Virus record (IMG/VR): IMGVR_UViG_3300027798_000056 | Coordinates: 1-51,550 of that record | Direction: 5' to 3' (one strand) | Source: a virus | Lineage: Duplodnaviria; Caudoviricetes | DNA: 51,550 nucleotides | Shown here: piece after piece, positions 8,248 to 16,779 of the stretch | Layout of the letters: every line of letters begins with the position of its first letter | Position numbering within the stretch: position 1 is the first letter of the stretch | The notes under the pieces: generated by a model | The model's input: the letters and a program-made list of their open reading frames with translations, nothing else | Told to the model about the DNA's origin: nothing | Database searches by the model: none | Translations under genes and position numbers: made by a program

Positions 8248-10170
8248 TCAGATTGTGCAGAGTCCTGCTACACAGGCCATTTCTTGTGAGCCTTCAGTTT
8301 GGTCATCCAGTTCAATGAACTGATCCCACTGAATCGTACCGGGATACTTGACCAAGAATTCTGTGTACTCTTCCTTGGTGATTTCTTGGAATGGTGCTTG
8401 ACGATACGAACCATTGTCGTAAGGCAAGAAGCTCACGCCACAGACTTCATCAAAGTGTTTGTACACCCATGCACCAGCTTCCAGCCACTCATGGTCCTTG
8501 ACATAAATGGTGATGGATGGCTTGTGCTCACACCAGTGACGTTGGAACATCAGCCAGTGCTCAAGCTGCTCAATGGCAGTACGGTCATTTCGCATGACTG
8601 CATCAGCAGGTGATTTGACTACAAAGCTGAAGATTGTTTCACTGTCTGGTTTGGTCACACTAGGTTCCCAAGCAATGCCTTGATCTTTCAGGAATTGAGT
8701 GATGGGGTCTTTGTTGTCTTGGCGATAAGTACGAATGTAGTACTCACCAAAGCGAGGATGCAAACCACCTGTGCCAGCATTGGTCAACTGGGCAACTGTG
8801 CCTGAAGGCTTGTTGCAGGTGATGGCCACAGAGACATTGATGCCAAAGTATCCAGCCCACTCAGTAGCCACTTCACGGGCAACATCACGCAGGTTCTGCA
8901 GCCATTGCACAGCAGTAGCATTGACGTTGTTCAGCACAGCATGATCCATCACACCAGTCATGGACACACCAAGCAAACGCTCTTCTTCACAATTGCGTTG
9001 CAACTCCTGATCAACACCTTTGAAGTCTGTCAGAGAAGATTGATACACACCCATGATGGTTGCTGCAGTGATCTTCTCAACCAAAGTTTCATAAGTGTCA
9101 TCGGCACGAACCACTGCTTCAGTCAGGTTGCACATCTGGTTGGAGCGCAACAGGATTTCGGAGCAAGGATTACAACCATAGTCGTAATCAGCAGAGCGAC
9201 GCCCCCAACGAGTTGCTTGCTTCTTGGCAGCAGCACGATTGAAAATGCCACGTTCACCTGACTTGGATTTGATCAATGACAGCCATTCAGCCATGAAGAT
9301 TTCAATTTCAGGACGTTCAGTGTAGACAGCAGAATTGTTGGCCAAGCCGCGATGACCATGCCCAATCCACCATTGACCTTCTTTGGCATCACGCATACGC
9401 TGGTCAGACAGATTGCTCAGACTGATCAATGCACTGCGACGAACACCACCGACTACAACAATGTCAGCAATGAGACAGCAAATGTCATGCACTTCCAAGG
9501 ACGTAAGCTTACGGCCAGCCGCATTGACAAACAGATTGCTGACAAAATCAAACAGACGTTTCAACGGTTCTGGCCCAGAAGCACGGCCACCGAAAGTTTT
9601 CAGGCGTGCACCTTTAGGGCGTACCTTGGAATAGTCCACTTTGGGGACCGAACCTTGATACAAGTAACGCAGCAAGATGCTGAAGGCGTTGGCCCAACCT
9701 TCTTTAGAGTCACGCACCACGATCACATCATCAGTTTTGTTAATGGTGTCAGGAATGGAAGGCAATTTAGCAATCATCTGGCGTTCACAGGAGAAACCAG
9801 AACCAGTACCATGCAAGAGAATCAGCAGCATGTCGCTGAACTTGCGTACTTTGTCAATTGCTCCATAGTGGCAGTTGTATGCAGCGATGTTGTTACGCTT
9901 GACTGCTTCCCCTGCAGTCATCAACAGACGCATGGAGGGCATAGTCTTCAGTGTATAAACTTCTGTTGCCAGAGAGTCTGCTACACCTTGCCATTTGGCC
10001 AATGCTTGTGGGAATTTTTCTTCAATGTGTTCTTGGGCAAAAGTAAAGTAACGCTCTACGGTTTCTGCCCATGTTTCACGACGTTGTGCTTTGTCAAGAT
10101 AACGTGCGTACTTGCTTTTGGCAATGTACTCTTGTTGTGGCGTGTCAAAGATTGTTTGTTGTTGGTTCAT
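8248..10170 (-). CDS. nrdJ: Class II (adenosylcobalamin-dependent) ribonucleotide reductase
   Basis: YNC, GGVRRSA, NPCSEI, CNLTE, KPSGT, C-terminal CVAGLC; no beta-subunit gene in the window; ATG at 10170. Confidence 0.9.
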   Translation of the reverse strand: MNQQQTIFDTPQQEYIAKSKYARYLDKAQRRETWAETVERYFTFAQEHIEEKFPQALAKWQGVADSLATEVYTLKTMPSMRLLMTAGEAVKRNNIAAYNCHYGAIDKVRKFSDMLLILLHGTGSGFSCERQMIAKLPSIPDTINKTDDVIVVRDSKEGWANAFSILLRYLYQGSVPKVDYSKVRPKGARLKTFGGRASGPEPLKRLFDFVSNLFVNAAGRKLTSLEVHDICCLIADIVVVGGVRRSALISLSNLSDQRMRDAKEGQWWIGHGHRGLANNSAVYTERPEIEIFMAEWLSLIKSKSGERGIFNRAAAKKQATRWGRRSADYDYGCNPCSEILLRSNQMCNLTEAVVRADDTYETLVEKITAATIMGVYQSSLTDFKGVDQELQRNCEEERLLGVSMTGVMDHAVLNNVNATAVQWLQNLRDVAREVATEWAGYFGINVSVAITCNKPSGTVAQLTNAGTGGLHPRFGEYYIRTYRQDNKDPITQFLKDQGIAWEPSVTKPDSETIFSFVVKSPADAVMRNDRTAIEQLEHWLMFQRHWCEHKPSITIYVKDHEWLEAGAWVYKHFDEVCGVSFLPYDNGSYRQAPFQEITKEEYTEFLVKYPGTIQWDQFIELDDQTEGSQEMACVAGLCTI

Positions 10171-10183
10171 TATGTACACAGTT

Positions 10184-10206
10184 AAAAACATCCCCTCATG
10201 GGGATG
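10184..10206 (-). terminator. Terminator-like hairpin after the polymerase N-fragment
   Basis: Minus strand CATCCCC-ATGA-GGGGATG-TTTTT directly after the stop codon. Confidence 0.7.
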
Positions 10207-10210
10207 CAGA

Positions 10211-12277
10211 CTAGACAGACAGTAGCTGGTATAACTCAGCACCTGTCACTTTCTTTCCCATGTACACGATGGTTTCATGTTCATGGAAATAGATTTCTTT
10301 GGTTCCAAGCATTGCTTTGTAACACTTAGCCCCTTCTGGGGCACGTTCAATGTCAAGCATTGCCTCACCAAAGTAAGCTTGTGCTCGTAGACTGTGCCCG
10401 TCAAATCCTTCCAAGTAGACTGTAAGTTTGTTTGGGTCTTTCGTGGTGAGTGCGGAGATGCGATCTTCCAGACTTGCGAAGTCTAACCCCACAAACAACC
10501 ACCCATTAGGTGCTTGAAAGCAAGACTTGATCAATTTCGCGTACTTGCTGTTGGCTGGAAGGTTCTGTAAGTTAGGTTGACTGCTGGATAAACGGCCTGA
10601 TACTGTACCACCAAGATTGAAGTTGCCGAACAAATAGTGCCAACCATCTGGCCCAAGTGCAGCATTTTCCATTGCAGGGATGAACCCAGTCAGAATCTTG
10701 TTGACAGCCGTGTAATCCATGAATGCTTCAAGCAACACCAACACACGAGGGTCTGTTGTGTGGTTCTTAAGCTTCTCAATGGTGTCACCATCCACAGCAG
10801 GTTGCTTGTTCTTTGTGTACTCAATGACTGGCAAGCCAATCACTTCATACAGCAACTCTTGAAGTTGTGGGTATGAGTTGGGATTCCAACGTACATCATT
10901 CTCAGGTTTCAGCAACTCTGCATCAGCATCCACCATACTGACACGTTTCTTTTTCAATTCAAGGTTGCGTTTGGTGATCCACTTGAGCTTGCGTTGGTAC
11001 GCATACTCTTGAACCAGAACACAATCAGAGATGCGTTGGACAGCAGAATCGAAGTCCTGCTGCATGATCACCTTGACTTCAGCCACACGCTCAATGTTTA
11101 TGGGCATCCCAGTCAATTGCATCTGAATGATGTCAACAGTTGTGGCCTTGAACAGAGTTTCATAAATGTTCAACTGCTGTTCAGCAACCATTGTTGAGTA
11201 GTGCTTGTCATGCACGAACCAAGTGGACAGACCGTCAATCAAGTTGTAAGCCAACAGTTGCTTTGCTGGAATCTTGCAGATGTCCTTAATGTCATCTTGT
11301 GCCCAATTGCCAGCAAACTCTTGAGCTTGAGTTTTGAGTTTCAGGTCATTGCCAGCACACGAGTTGGTGGCCAAGTATGAAATCAGCTTGGTGCATTCCC
11401 AGTTAGTCAGCATGACACGAATACCGTCGAGCAGTCCCTTGGTGTCAATGATGTTGGTCATGAACAATTGGTAGATCAGGACATAAGCATCGTAGGCGAT
11501 GTTGTGATAAATGATCTTGTGCTTCATCCTTCGGAAGAAGTTAAGCAACAGAGCACGCACTTCCTTGTTGTAGCCCTTGGTTCCAAATGGGGCTTCAGTT
11601 GCTCCTTCAATTGGAACGTAGTCCACTAAAAAAGCAATGCCTTCATGCTGATTCCAGCAGAAAGTAATGGAGCCAATACCAGCAGTGTGGTGCTTGAGGC
11701 TGAATGCTTCAATGTCACAGGTGAGTGGACAGTCCATTGCAATAAGCTTGTCCAGCCAAGCACTAATGTCTTTAACATTAGAAGGGTAGTCAGCAAATTT
11801 AACAATGTTGTTGCCCGGTGCTTTGTACTTGCCTTCCCAATGATTAGCCAGTGCGTGCATGGCTGTTTCAATCTTTGGTTTGGCCTTGTCTGGGTCATAA
11901 AACACAGACTTATAAGATGGCGCATAGGTTACATAAATGTCTTGGTCATAAACACAAGGCAATACATAACCCACATTGGTGTCTACTTTCATCACGCCAG
12001 CCAAGACTTTGAAATACTCTGCATCCGTACAAAGTACATACTTAATGTTCTGCTCTTTAAGCACAGACATTAAATCTGTTTCCACATATTCTTTCAGCAA
12101 AGCTTTTGAAGTCTTTTTGGTCATTGGGTCTTGATACAGATTCAGTGCCATGAAAGCATCTTCATCTAAACCAAATGGCTGTAGGTATGTCTTTTTTAAT
12201 TCTTCCTTGTTCAGATAAACAGAAAGAATACAGACTGTCTTGGTGGCGGCAATGTCGCCAAACATAATGTGTTGCAT
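10211..12277 (-). CDS. Family A DNA polymerase, N-terminal fragment (3'-5' exonuclease, thumb, motif A)
   Basis: DIEAF, HNIAYD, YNLID exonuclease motifs; TVSGRLSSSQPNLQNLP; DFASLEDR (motif A). Confidence 0.92.
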   Translation of the reverse strand: MQHIMFGDIAATKTVCILSVYLNKEELKKTYLQPFGLDEDAFMALNLYQDPMTKKTSKALLKEYVETDLMSVLKEQNIKYVLCTDAEYFKVLAGVMKVDTNVGYVLPCVYDQDIYVTYAPSYKSVFYDPDKAKPKIETAMHALANHWEGKYKAPGNNIVKFADYPSNVKDISAWLDKLIAMDCPLTCDIEAFSLKHHTAGIGSITFCWNQHEGIAFLVDYVPIEGATEAPFGTKGYNKEVRALLLNFFRRMKHKIIYHNIAYDAYVLIYQLFMTNIIDTKGLLDGIRVMLTNWECTKLISYLATNSCAGNDLKLKTQAQEFAGNWAQDDIKDICKIPAKQLLAYNLIDGLSTWFVHDKHYSTMVAEQQLNIYETLFKATTVDIIQMQLTGMPINIERVAEVKVIMQQDFDSAVQRISDCVLVQEYAYQRKLKWITKRNLELKKKRVSMVDADAELLKPENDVRWNPNSYPQLQELLYEVIGLPVIEYTKNKQPAVDGDTIEKLKNHTTDPRVLVLLEAFMDYTAVNKILTGFIPAMENAALGPDGWHYLFGNFNLGGTVSGRLSSSQPNLQNLPANSKYAKLIKSCFQAPNGWLFVGLDFASLEDRISALTTKDPNKLTVYLEGFDGHSLRAQAYFGEAMLDIERAPEGAKCYKAMLGTKEIYFHEHETIVYMGKKVTGAELYQLLSV

Positions 12278-12756
12278 TAGAGTGCCAATCGTAGTGAGAT
12301 AAAGTAATGAAGTAGCTTTTCTGATGAATTCCAGTTCTTGCGAACCATGTCAGGGCATTGCCCTAGTGCAGCTTCAAATGGGATTACACGAGGCCCAAAC
12401 TTAGTAGGCAGAATAGTTTTGAGACAGTCTGGTAGACCATTCTCAACACCATTCAGTTCTACTATTGGAAGTATTGCTTGCCAGATATTTTGAATCTCCC
12501 GTTTGCTGTCCTTCAGCATTTTAAGGTTCTCTTGCATTTCGCTTACTAAGCTAATATCAAGAGAAGGTGCATTGTGATTTGTTGATGCAAGTGATTTCAG
12601 TTTATATACCGAACCAGCAAACATAAACATGGAACGGGATACTTCATTTTCTCCTTTGTTTTTATTGATAAGTACTTCAATACTGCGTTGGAAAGCCTTT
12701 GTTTCTGGTTCTAATAAAGTACTTTTAACTAGGCTACCTAACTCAAAGGTGTTCAT
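12277..12756 (-). CDS. Hypothetical protein (N4 gp38-like position)
   Basis: Coupled between helicase and polymerase. Confidence 0.7.
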   Translation of the reverse strand: MNTFELGSLVKSTLLEPETKAFQRSIEVLINKNKGENEVSRSMFMFAGSVYKLKSLASTNHNAPSLDISLVSEMQENLKMLKDSKREIQNIWQAILPIVELNGVENGLPDCLKTILPTKFGPRVIPFEAALGQCPDMVRKNWNSSEKLLHYFISLRLAL

Positions 12757-14045
12757 TCAATAATACCTCCGTAACGGTCAGCTAACTGACCATACATAAC
12801 AATGCGTTGACGAGCACGAGTCACAGCAACATAAAGCAGACGGGCTGCTAGTTTGGGCTGTGTGCAAGTGGAGAGGTTGTCCAAGTCGATGAACACAATG
12901 TCATAGGTGGAGCCTTGACTTTTGTGCACCGTACAAGCATCCCGTGGACGTAGGTCAGGGTGCTTGTTCTTCAGATCGAAGTACGAAATCCAGTCTTTCT
13001 GCTTGGCGTAGTGCTTGATGAGTTGGTCAAAGTGAGCTTTGTCCACAGGCACGGGCACATTCAGGAAGGTTTTGAATGCTGTCTCCAAGTCCATGTAACG
13101 AACTTGCAGATCACCACGACCTTTCATCATGGTTGTGATTTCATCGTCAATACGGATGATGGTCACTGGTTCTTCAACAGAGATGTTTCCTTCAGAGAGT
13201 TGCAAAGCAGAATTGCTGATCAACTTGTCGCCTACCTGAAAGTCATCAGGCAAGCCACGTAGCCCACGAATGAATGAGTTGAGGGCATTGACTTGGTTAT
13301 TACTGTAGGCCAATACACGGCTGTTTGCTTCTTGATTCACGAAGGTTTCTTCAACCAATTCCATGACTTCTGCAGAGTCGAGCCAGTCAATCACACCGGG
13401 GTATGCCTGAATGGGTTTGAAGACACCAGTGCGAACAGTTTCACGAAGCTGTGCACACAGTGCTTGAATCTCTGGCACATCAGTACGCATGGGTTCTGTC
13501 AGTTCATAGAGCGGCAGATTCTCTTTGTAGATGAGAGACAAGTCTTCAAACACAGGAGGTAGCTGACTGTGATCACCAACGTAAATGACTTTGCTGTTCA
13601 GAGTTCCTTCACGGATGACTTGACGCAAGCTGGAGTCAATCATGGAGCATTCATCAATGAAGATGATTTCCCGTGTGTGAACTTTCCAGTTGGCAGTCTT
13701 CATCAATTGACTTTTGCCAGTGGCAAAGTCTTCCTTGACCTTGAGGCCAAGAAACGAATGCACAGTAGACGTTGGTCGGCCTGTTGCTTCAGCTAAGACT
13801 TCAGCAGCCTTATTGGTTGTGGCAGTCATCTGCACTGAATCATATTCAGGCTTGATGCCCATGATTTCGCATGACTTGAAATAGTTGGGCATGATCGTGT
13901 CGATCAGATGCCCCATGAGATAAGTCTTGCCAACACCACCAGCACCAGACAGGATTAATTCCTTTTGATCAGAAAACAGGAATTGAAAGAATCCATCGGC
14001 TGCAGCTTGTTGACCAGCATTGAGAGGTTTGATGTTTGGGTTCAT
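12753..14045 (-). CDS. SF1B (Dda/RecD-like) DNA helicase
   Basis: GAGGVGKT, IDECSM, GDHSQLPPV, TVHKSQGST, YVAVTRAR. Confidence 0.92.
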   Translation of the reverse strand: MNPNIKPLNAGQQAAADGFFQFLFSDQKELILSGAGGVGKTYLMGHLIDTIMPNYFKSCEIMGIKPEYDSVQMTATTNKAAEVLAEATGRPTSTVHSFLGLKVKEDFATGKSQLMKTANWKVHTREIIFIDECSMIDSSLRQVIREGTLNSKVIYVGDHSQLPPVFEDLSLIYKENLPLYELTEPMRTDVPEIQALCAQLRETVRTGVFKPIQAYPGVIDWLDSAEVMELVEETFVNQEANSRVLAYSNNQVNALNSFIRGLRGLPDDFQVGDKLISNSALQLSEGNISVEEPVTIIRIDDEITTMMKGRGDLQVRYMDLETAFKTFLNVPVPVDKAHFDQLIKHYAKQKDWISYFDLKNKHPDLRPRDACTVHKSQGSTYDIVFIDLDNLSTCTQPKLAARLLYVAVTRARQRIVMYGQLADRYGGIIE

Positions 14046-14049
14046 AATG

Positions 14050-14074
14050 AAAAAACCCCTTGGTTAAGGGGTTT
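14050..14074 (-). terminator. Rho-independent terminator
   Basis: Minus strand CCCCTT-AACC-AAGGGG-TTTTTT. Confidence 0.7.
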
Positions 14075-14095
14075 GTATATTGGTTGAGGGAGTAC

Positions 14096-14512
14096 TTAGC
14101 CAGTATGCCCAAAGCCTTGAGCACCACGCAAAGTATCGGATAACTCAGAGACTTCTTGGAAAGTAATACGTGGCAAAGGCAGGATGATTGCTTGTGCAAT
14201 ACGTTGTCCGGGGTGCACAGTAATCATTTGTTCTGGATTTTCAGAAGTGATCAATACTTTGACTTCACCACGGTAATCACTGTCAATCGTGCCAGAGAAC
14301 GCATGTTCACTGTCTTTGAAAGCCAAGCCACTGCGAGGTTTGATAATCATGGCATAACCATGAGGAATCTCAAAAGCAAGTCCAGTCTCCACGATGACAC
14401 GGCCTGTGCCTACGACTTTGGTGGAGGCATACAGATCAAAAGCTGCAGCACCGTCCGTACCGTAGGTAGGAACGTAAGCAGATGAGTCCAGTTTTTTGAA
14501 ATTAACTTGCAT
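14096..14512 (-). CDS. dut: Trimeric dUTPase
   Basis: AAFDL, PRSGLA, GTIDSDYRGE, RIAQ, RGAQGFGHTG. Confidence 0.95.
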   Translation of the reverse strand: MQVNFKKLDSSAYVPTYGTDGAAAFDLYASTKVVGTGRVIVETGLAFEIPHGYAMIIKPRSGLAFKDSEHAFSGTIDSDYRGEVKVLITSENPEQMITVHPGQRIAQAIILPLPRITFQEVSELSDTLRGAQGFGHTG

Positions 14513-14813
14513 TTTTCTGTTTCAAGTAAGCGTTGGTAATGAGGGAACGCACGTAATCCTTGATGGAATAGTGTGGTCCCAGTTGAGTTTCAACCCACTC
14601 CAGTTGAGCAGGTGGCATCTTCATCAGCACGTCTTCCATGAAGGTACGGCGTGTGTCTGCAGGAGTCACCCCAATGTCTTTGAGGCGAAGTGTCACAGTA
14701 GTTGGGTGACACCCCAAAGATGAACCAATGGTGGCAAGGGAGAACCCCAGACTGTTGAGCCTTACAAGGTCAGAGTCAGGGATTGTTTTCTTGGTTCGAC
14801 GTGGGCGGGCCAT
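14502..14813 (-). CDS. HTH-containing conserved N4-like protein
   Basis: GFSLATIGSSLGCHPTTVTLRLK looks like a helix-turn-helix; AGGAG RBS. Confidence 0.7.
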   Translation of the reverse strand: MARPRRTKKTIPDSDLVRLNSLGFSLATIGSSLGCHPTTVTLRLKDIGVTPADTRRTFMEDVLMKMPPAQLEWVETQLGPHYSIKDYVRSLITNAYLKQKNAS

Positions 14814-14868
14814 GATAGCTCCTAAAGCAAAGTTACATCTATTATAACTTCGCTCCAGTGCTATCTAG

Positions 14869-15273
14869 TCACAGTTTTTGGATGAATCCGTAAGCCAAAC
14901 AACCAAAACGATAGTCATCATCCGTTTCACCCCGCTTGAACTCACCTTGTTCACCTGTGATGTAAACTATTGGGTGGCCGTCTGGAATGATGTCATACCA
15001 TTCTTTTGGGAACAGCCAATGCTTTCCCTTTTCAGAGTCATTCCACACACCGAAGCCAAGTGCAAGAAGTGTTGCTTCGTCTTTTTTGTGCAGGTTTTCC
15101 CAGTCATTGAAATCAACAAGTACAGGCACTTGTACACCGTCAGTGCGTTCAAATTGTGAAGTCAGAATTTCCAATTCTTCCCCCGGCTGTAACCCAACTG
15201 CATTCGCAAAATCCTCGGTGAATGTTGGGCTGTCTATGTCCAGCATGAGTGTATTTTTTGGTAGTGTGTTCAT
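14869..15273 (-). CDS. Hypothetical protein
   Basis: AAGGA RBS; DDDYRFGCLAYG C-terminus. Confidence 0.7.
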   Translation of the reverse strand: MNTLPKNTLMLDIDSPTFTEDFANAVGLQPGEELEILTSQFERTDGVQVPVLVDFNDWENLHKKDEATLLALGFGVWNDSEKGKHWLFPKEWYDIIPDGHPIVYITGEQGEFKRGETDDDYRFGCLAYGFIQKL

Positions 15274-15282
15274 GGTTTTTCC

Positions 15283-16779
15283 TTACTTGGCAGCGTCTTT
15301 TTCCACAGCTTGAGCTTCCTTGGCAGTGATGCCAAGCTTGTCCCAACCCACTTTTTTGCTGCGTTTGAAGTCACGCAAAGCTTTCGCTTGCACGATCTTG
15401 TCAGCACCCTTGGCTGTTTTCCACAGGTCAAGCAAGTCGGCTGCAACTTCTGCACGTCCTTTGCCTGTGGCAACAACTTCAGAGACTTCAGCCGACAGAG
15501 CCTTAATGTCCACTTTCTCAGCAACATGAATGGGTTCTTCTGTTTCCAAGACAGTAGCTTCCACTTCAGGCAGTGCTTCAATTTCTGCCACAGCTTCAGG
15601 CGTTGGAGCCAAACGCTCTGTGATGACAATACCACCACCCATACTGGATGTGATTTTGACTTCAGTATCAGCAGCAGAATGTTGGCCAGCCAAAGCTTCA
15701 GCCAGCAGTTGCAAACCTTGTGCAGAGGCAATTGGTTTGTTTGCTTTCAACAGGGTGTAATCACTCTCTGGCAGTTCAGAAAGGATGTGGTAGCCACAGA
15801 CACGCATTTTGTTGGCGTCATATTCTGGGACAGCAATCACATCTTCAGGACGAACTTTGCAGATCGTCACCACATCACCAGAGAAGCCATTGATGTAGGC
15901 ACGACGAGCCACATGCAGACCGTTGGAGCATTCGTTGCGACGGTTCATGTCCACCATGTTTTCATCCATGTGGACGTAGGTGCCTACACGTTGAGGCACT
16001 TTCTTTGAGTGGCAATCCACGTAAGTGAATTTTGGGTGGCCACTCAAGACTTGCTTGCGGAGAACCTTGTAGATCACAATGCAACCGTCTTCAGCTACAG
16101 GCAGATCGCCACGTTGCATGAAGCGCATCAGGTCTTGCACCGAATGGCTACGCTTGTCAGCAGTAGCTGCCACACGCTTCATGAAGCGTTGCATACCAAC
16201 AGTGTTGGTTTGTTCGTTGGAGCGTTTGAACTGTGCTTCCAGTTTGTGAGCATCAGGGATCACAGTGTTCCCCATGACAGCCACGATGGTTTCAGCATCT
16301 TTACCTGTGGACTCCAAAGCAACACGGTCAATCCCTGCAGAGACAGGTTTGGCATGGGCCATGATTTCCTCAATGGCTGATGCAATTTTCGTGATGGCTT
16401 TGGGAGCATCAGGTACTGGTGTTGGTTCTGGTGTTGGAGCACCAACTGTCCCAATGACAGCAGGTTCAACAAGTTCAGCCACAGAACCAAAGAACGAAGC
16501 GAGTTTGTTCTTTGCAATGCGGAAGAATTTCACGACACCAGAGCTACGATCTTCGTATTCAGTGAAGATTTTGGCAGTGTCATTGGAAAATGAATCCAAG
16601 TCCACTTCAGCGACTTCACCCCGTGCACACACGGGAGTAATCTGGCGAATGATGTGAGCAAGGCGAGGATCACCTTGCAGCATGTTGAGGGTGGAACCGT
16701 CTTGTTTGTAGAAGGTCACTTGAGTTGTGTCCACAACAGCGGCCACAATTTTAATGATGTTAGTCATATTTTCTTTCAC
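15283..16779 (-). CDS. rIIB: rIIB-like protein
   Basis: DLP...DG...YK, ECSNGLHV, KVRPEDVIAVP.YD..KMRVC.Y. Confidence 0.85.
   Translation of the reverse strand: MKENMTNIIKIVAAVVDTTQVTFYKQDGSTLNMLQGDPRLAHIIRQITPVCARGEVAEVDLDSFSNDTAKIFTEYEDRSSGVVKFFRIAKNKLASFFGSVAELVEPAVIGTVGAPTPEPTPVPDAPKAITKIASAIEEIMAHAKPVSAGIDRVALESTGKDAETIVAVMGNTVIPDAHKLEAQFKRSNEQTNTVGMQRFMKRVAATADKRSHSVQDLMRFMQRGDLPVAEDGCIVIYKVLRKQVLSGHPKFTYVDCHSKKVPQRVGTYVHMDENMVDMNRRNECSNGLHVARRAYINGFSGDVVTICKVRPEDVIAVPEYDANKMRVCGYHILSELPESDYTLLKANKPIASAQGLQLLAEALAGQHSAADTEVKITSSMGGGIVITERLAPTPEAVAEIEALPEVEATVLETEEPIHVAEKVDIKALSAEVSEVVATGKGRAEVAADLLDLWKTAKGADKIVQAKALRDFKRSKKVGWDKLGITAKEAQAVEKDAAK

Noticed and set aside
9352-10185. 277-aa plus-strand ORF, and similar ones such as 3873-4448 and 15310-16008
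   Set aside because: Antisense shadows of well-supported genes, caused by codon bias
8184-10345. Split intein or group I intron explaining the polymerase break
   Set aside because: No intein block A/B or His-Asn end (the INS sequence appears native to the polymerase); no recognisable intron core; the C-half has its own RBS. Not formally excluded without RT-PCR or MS
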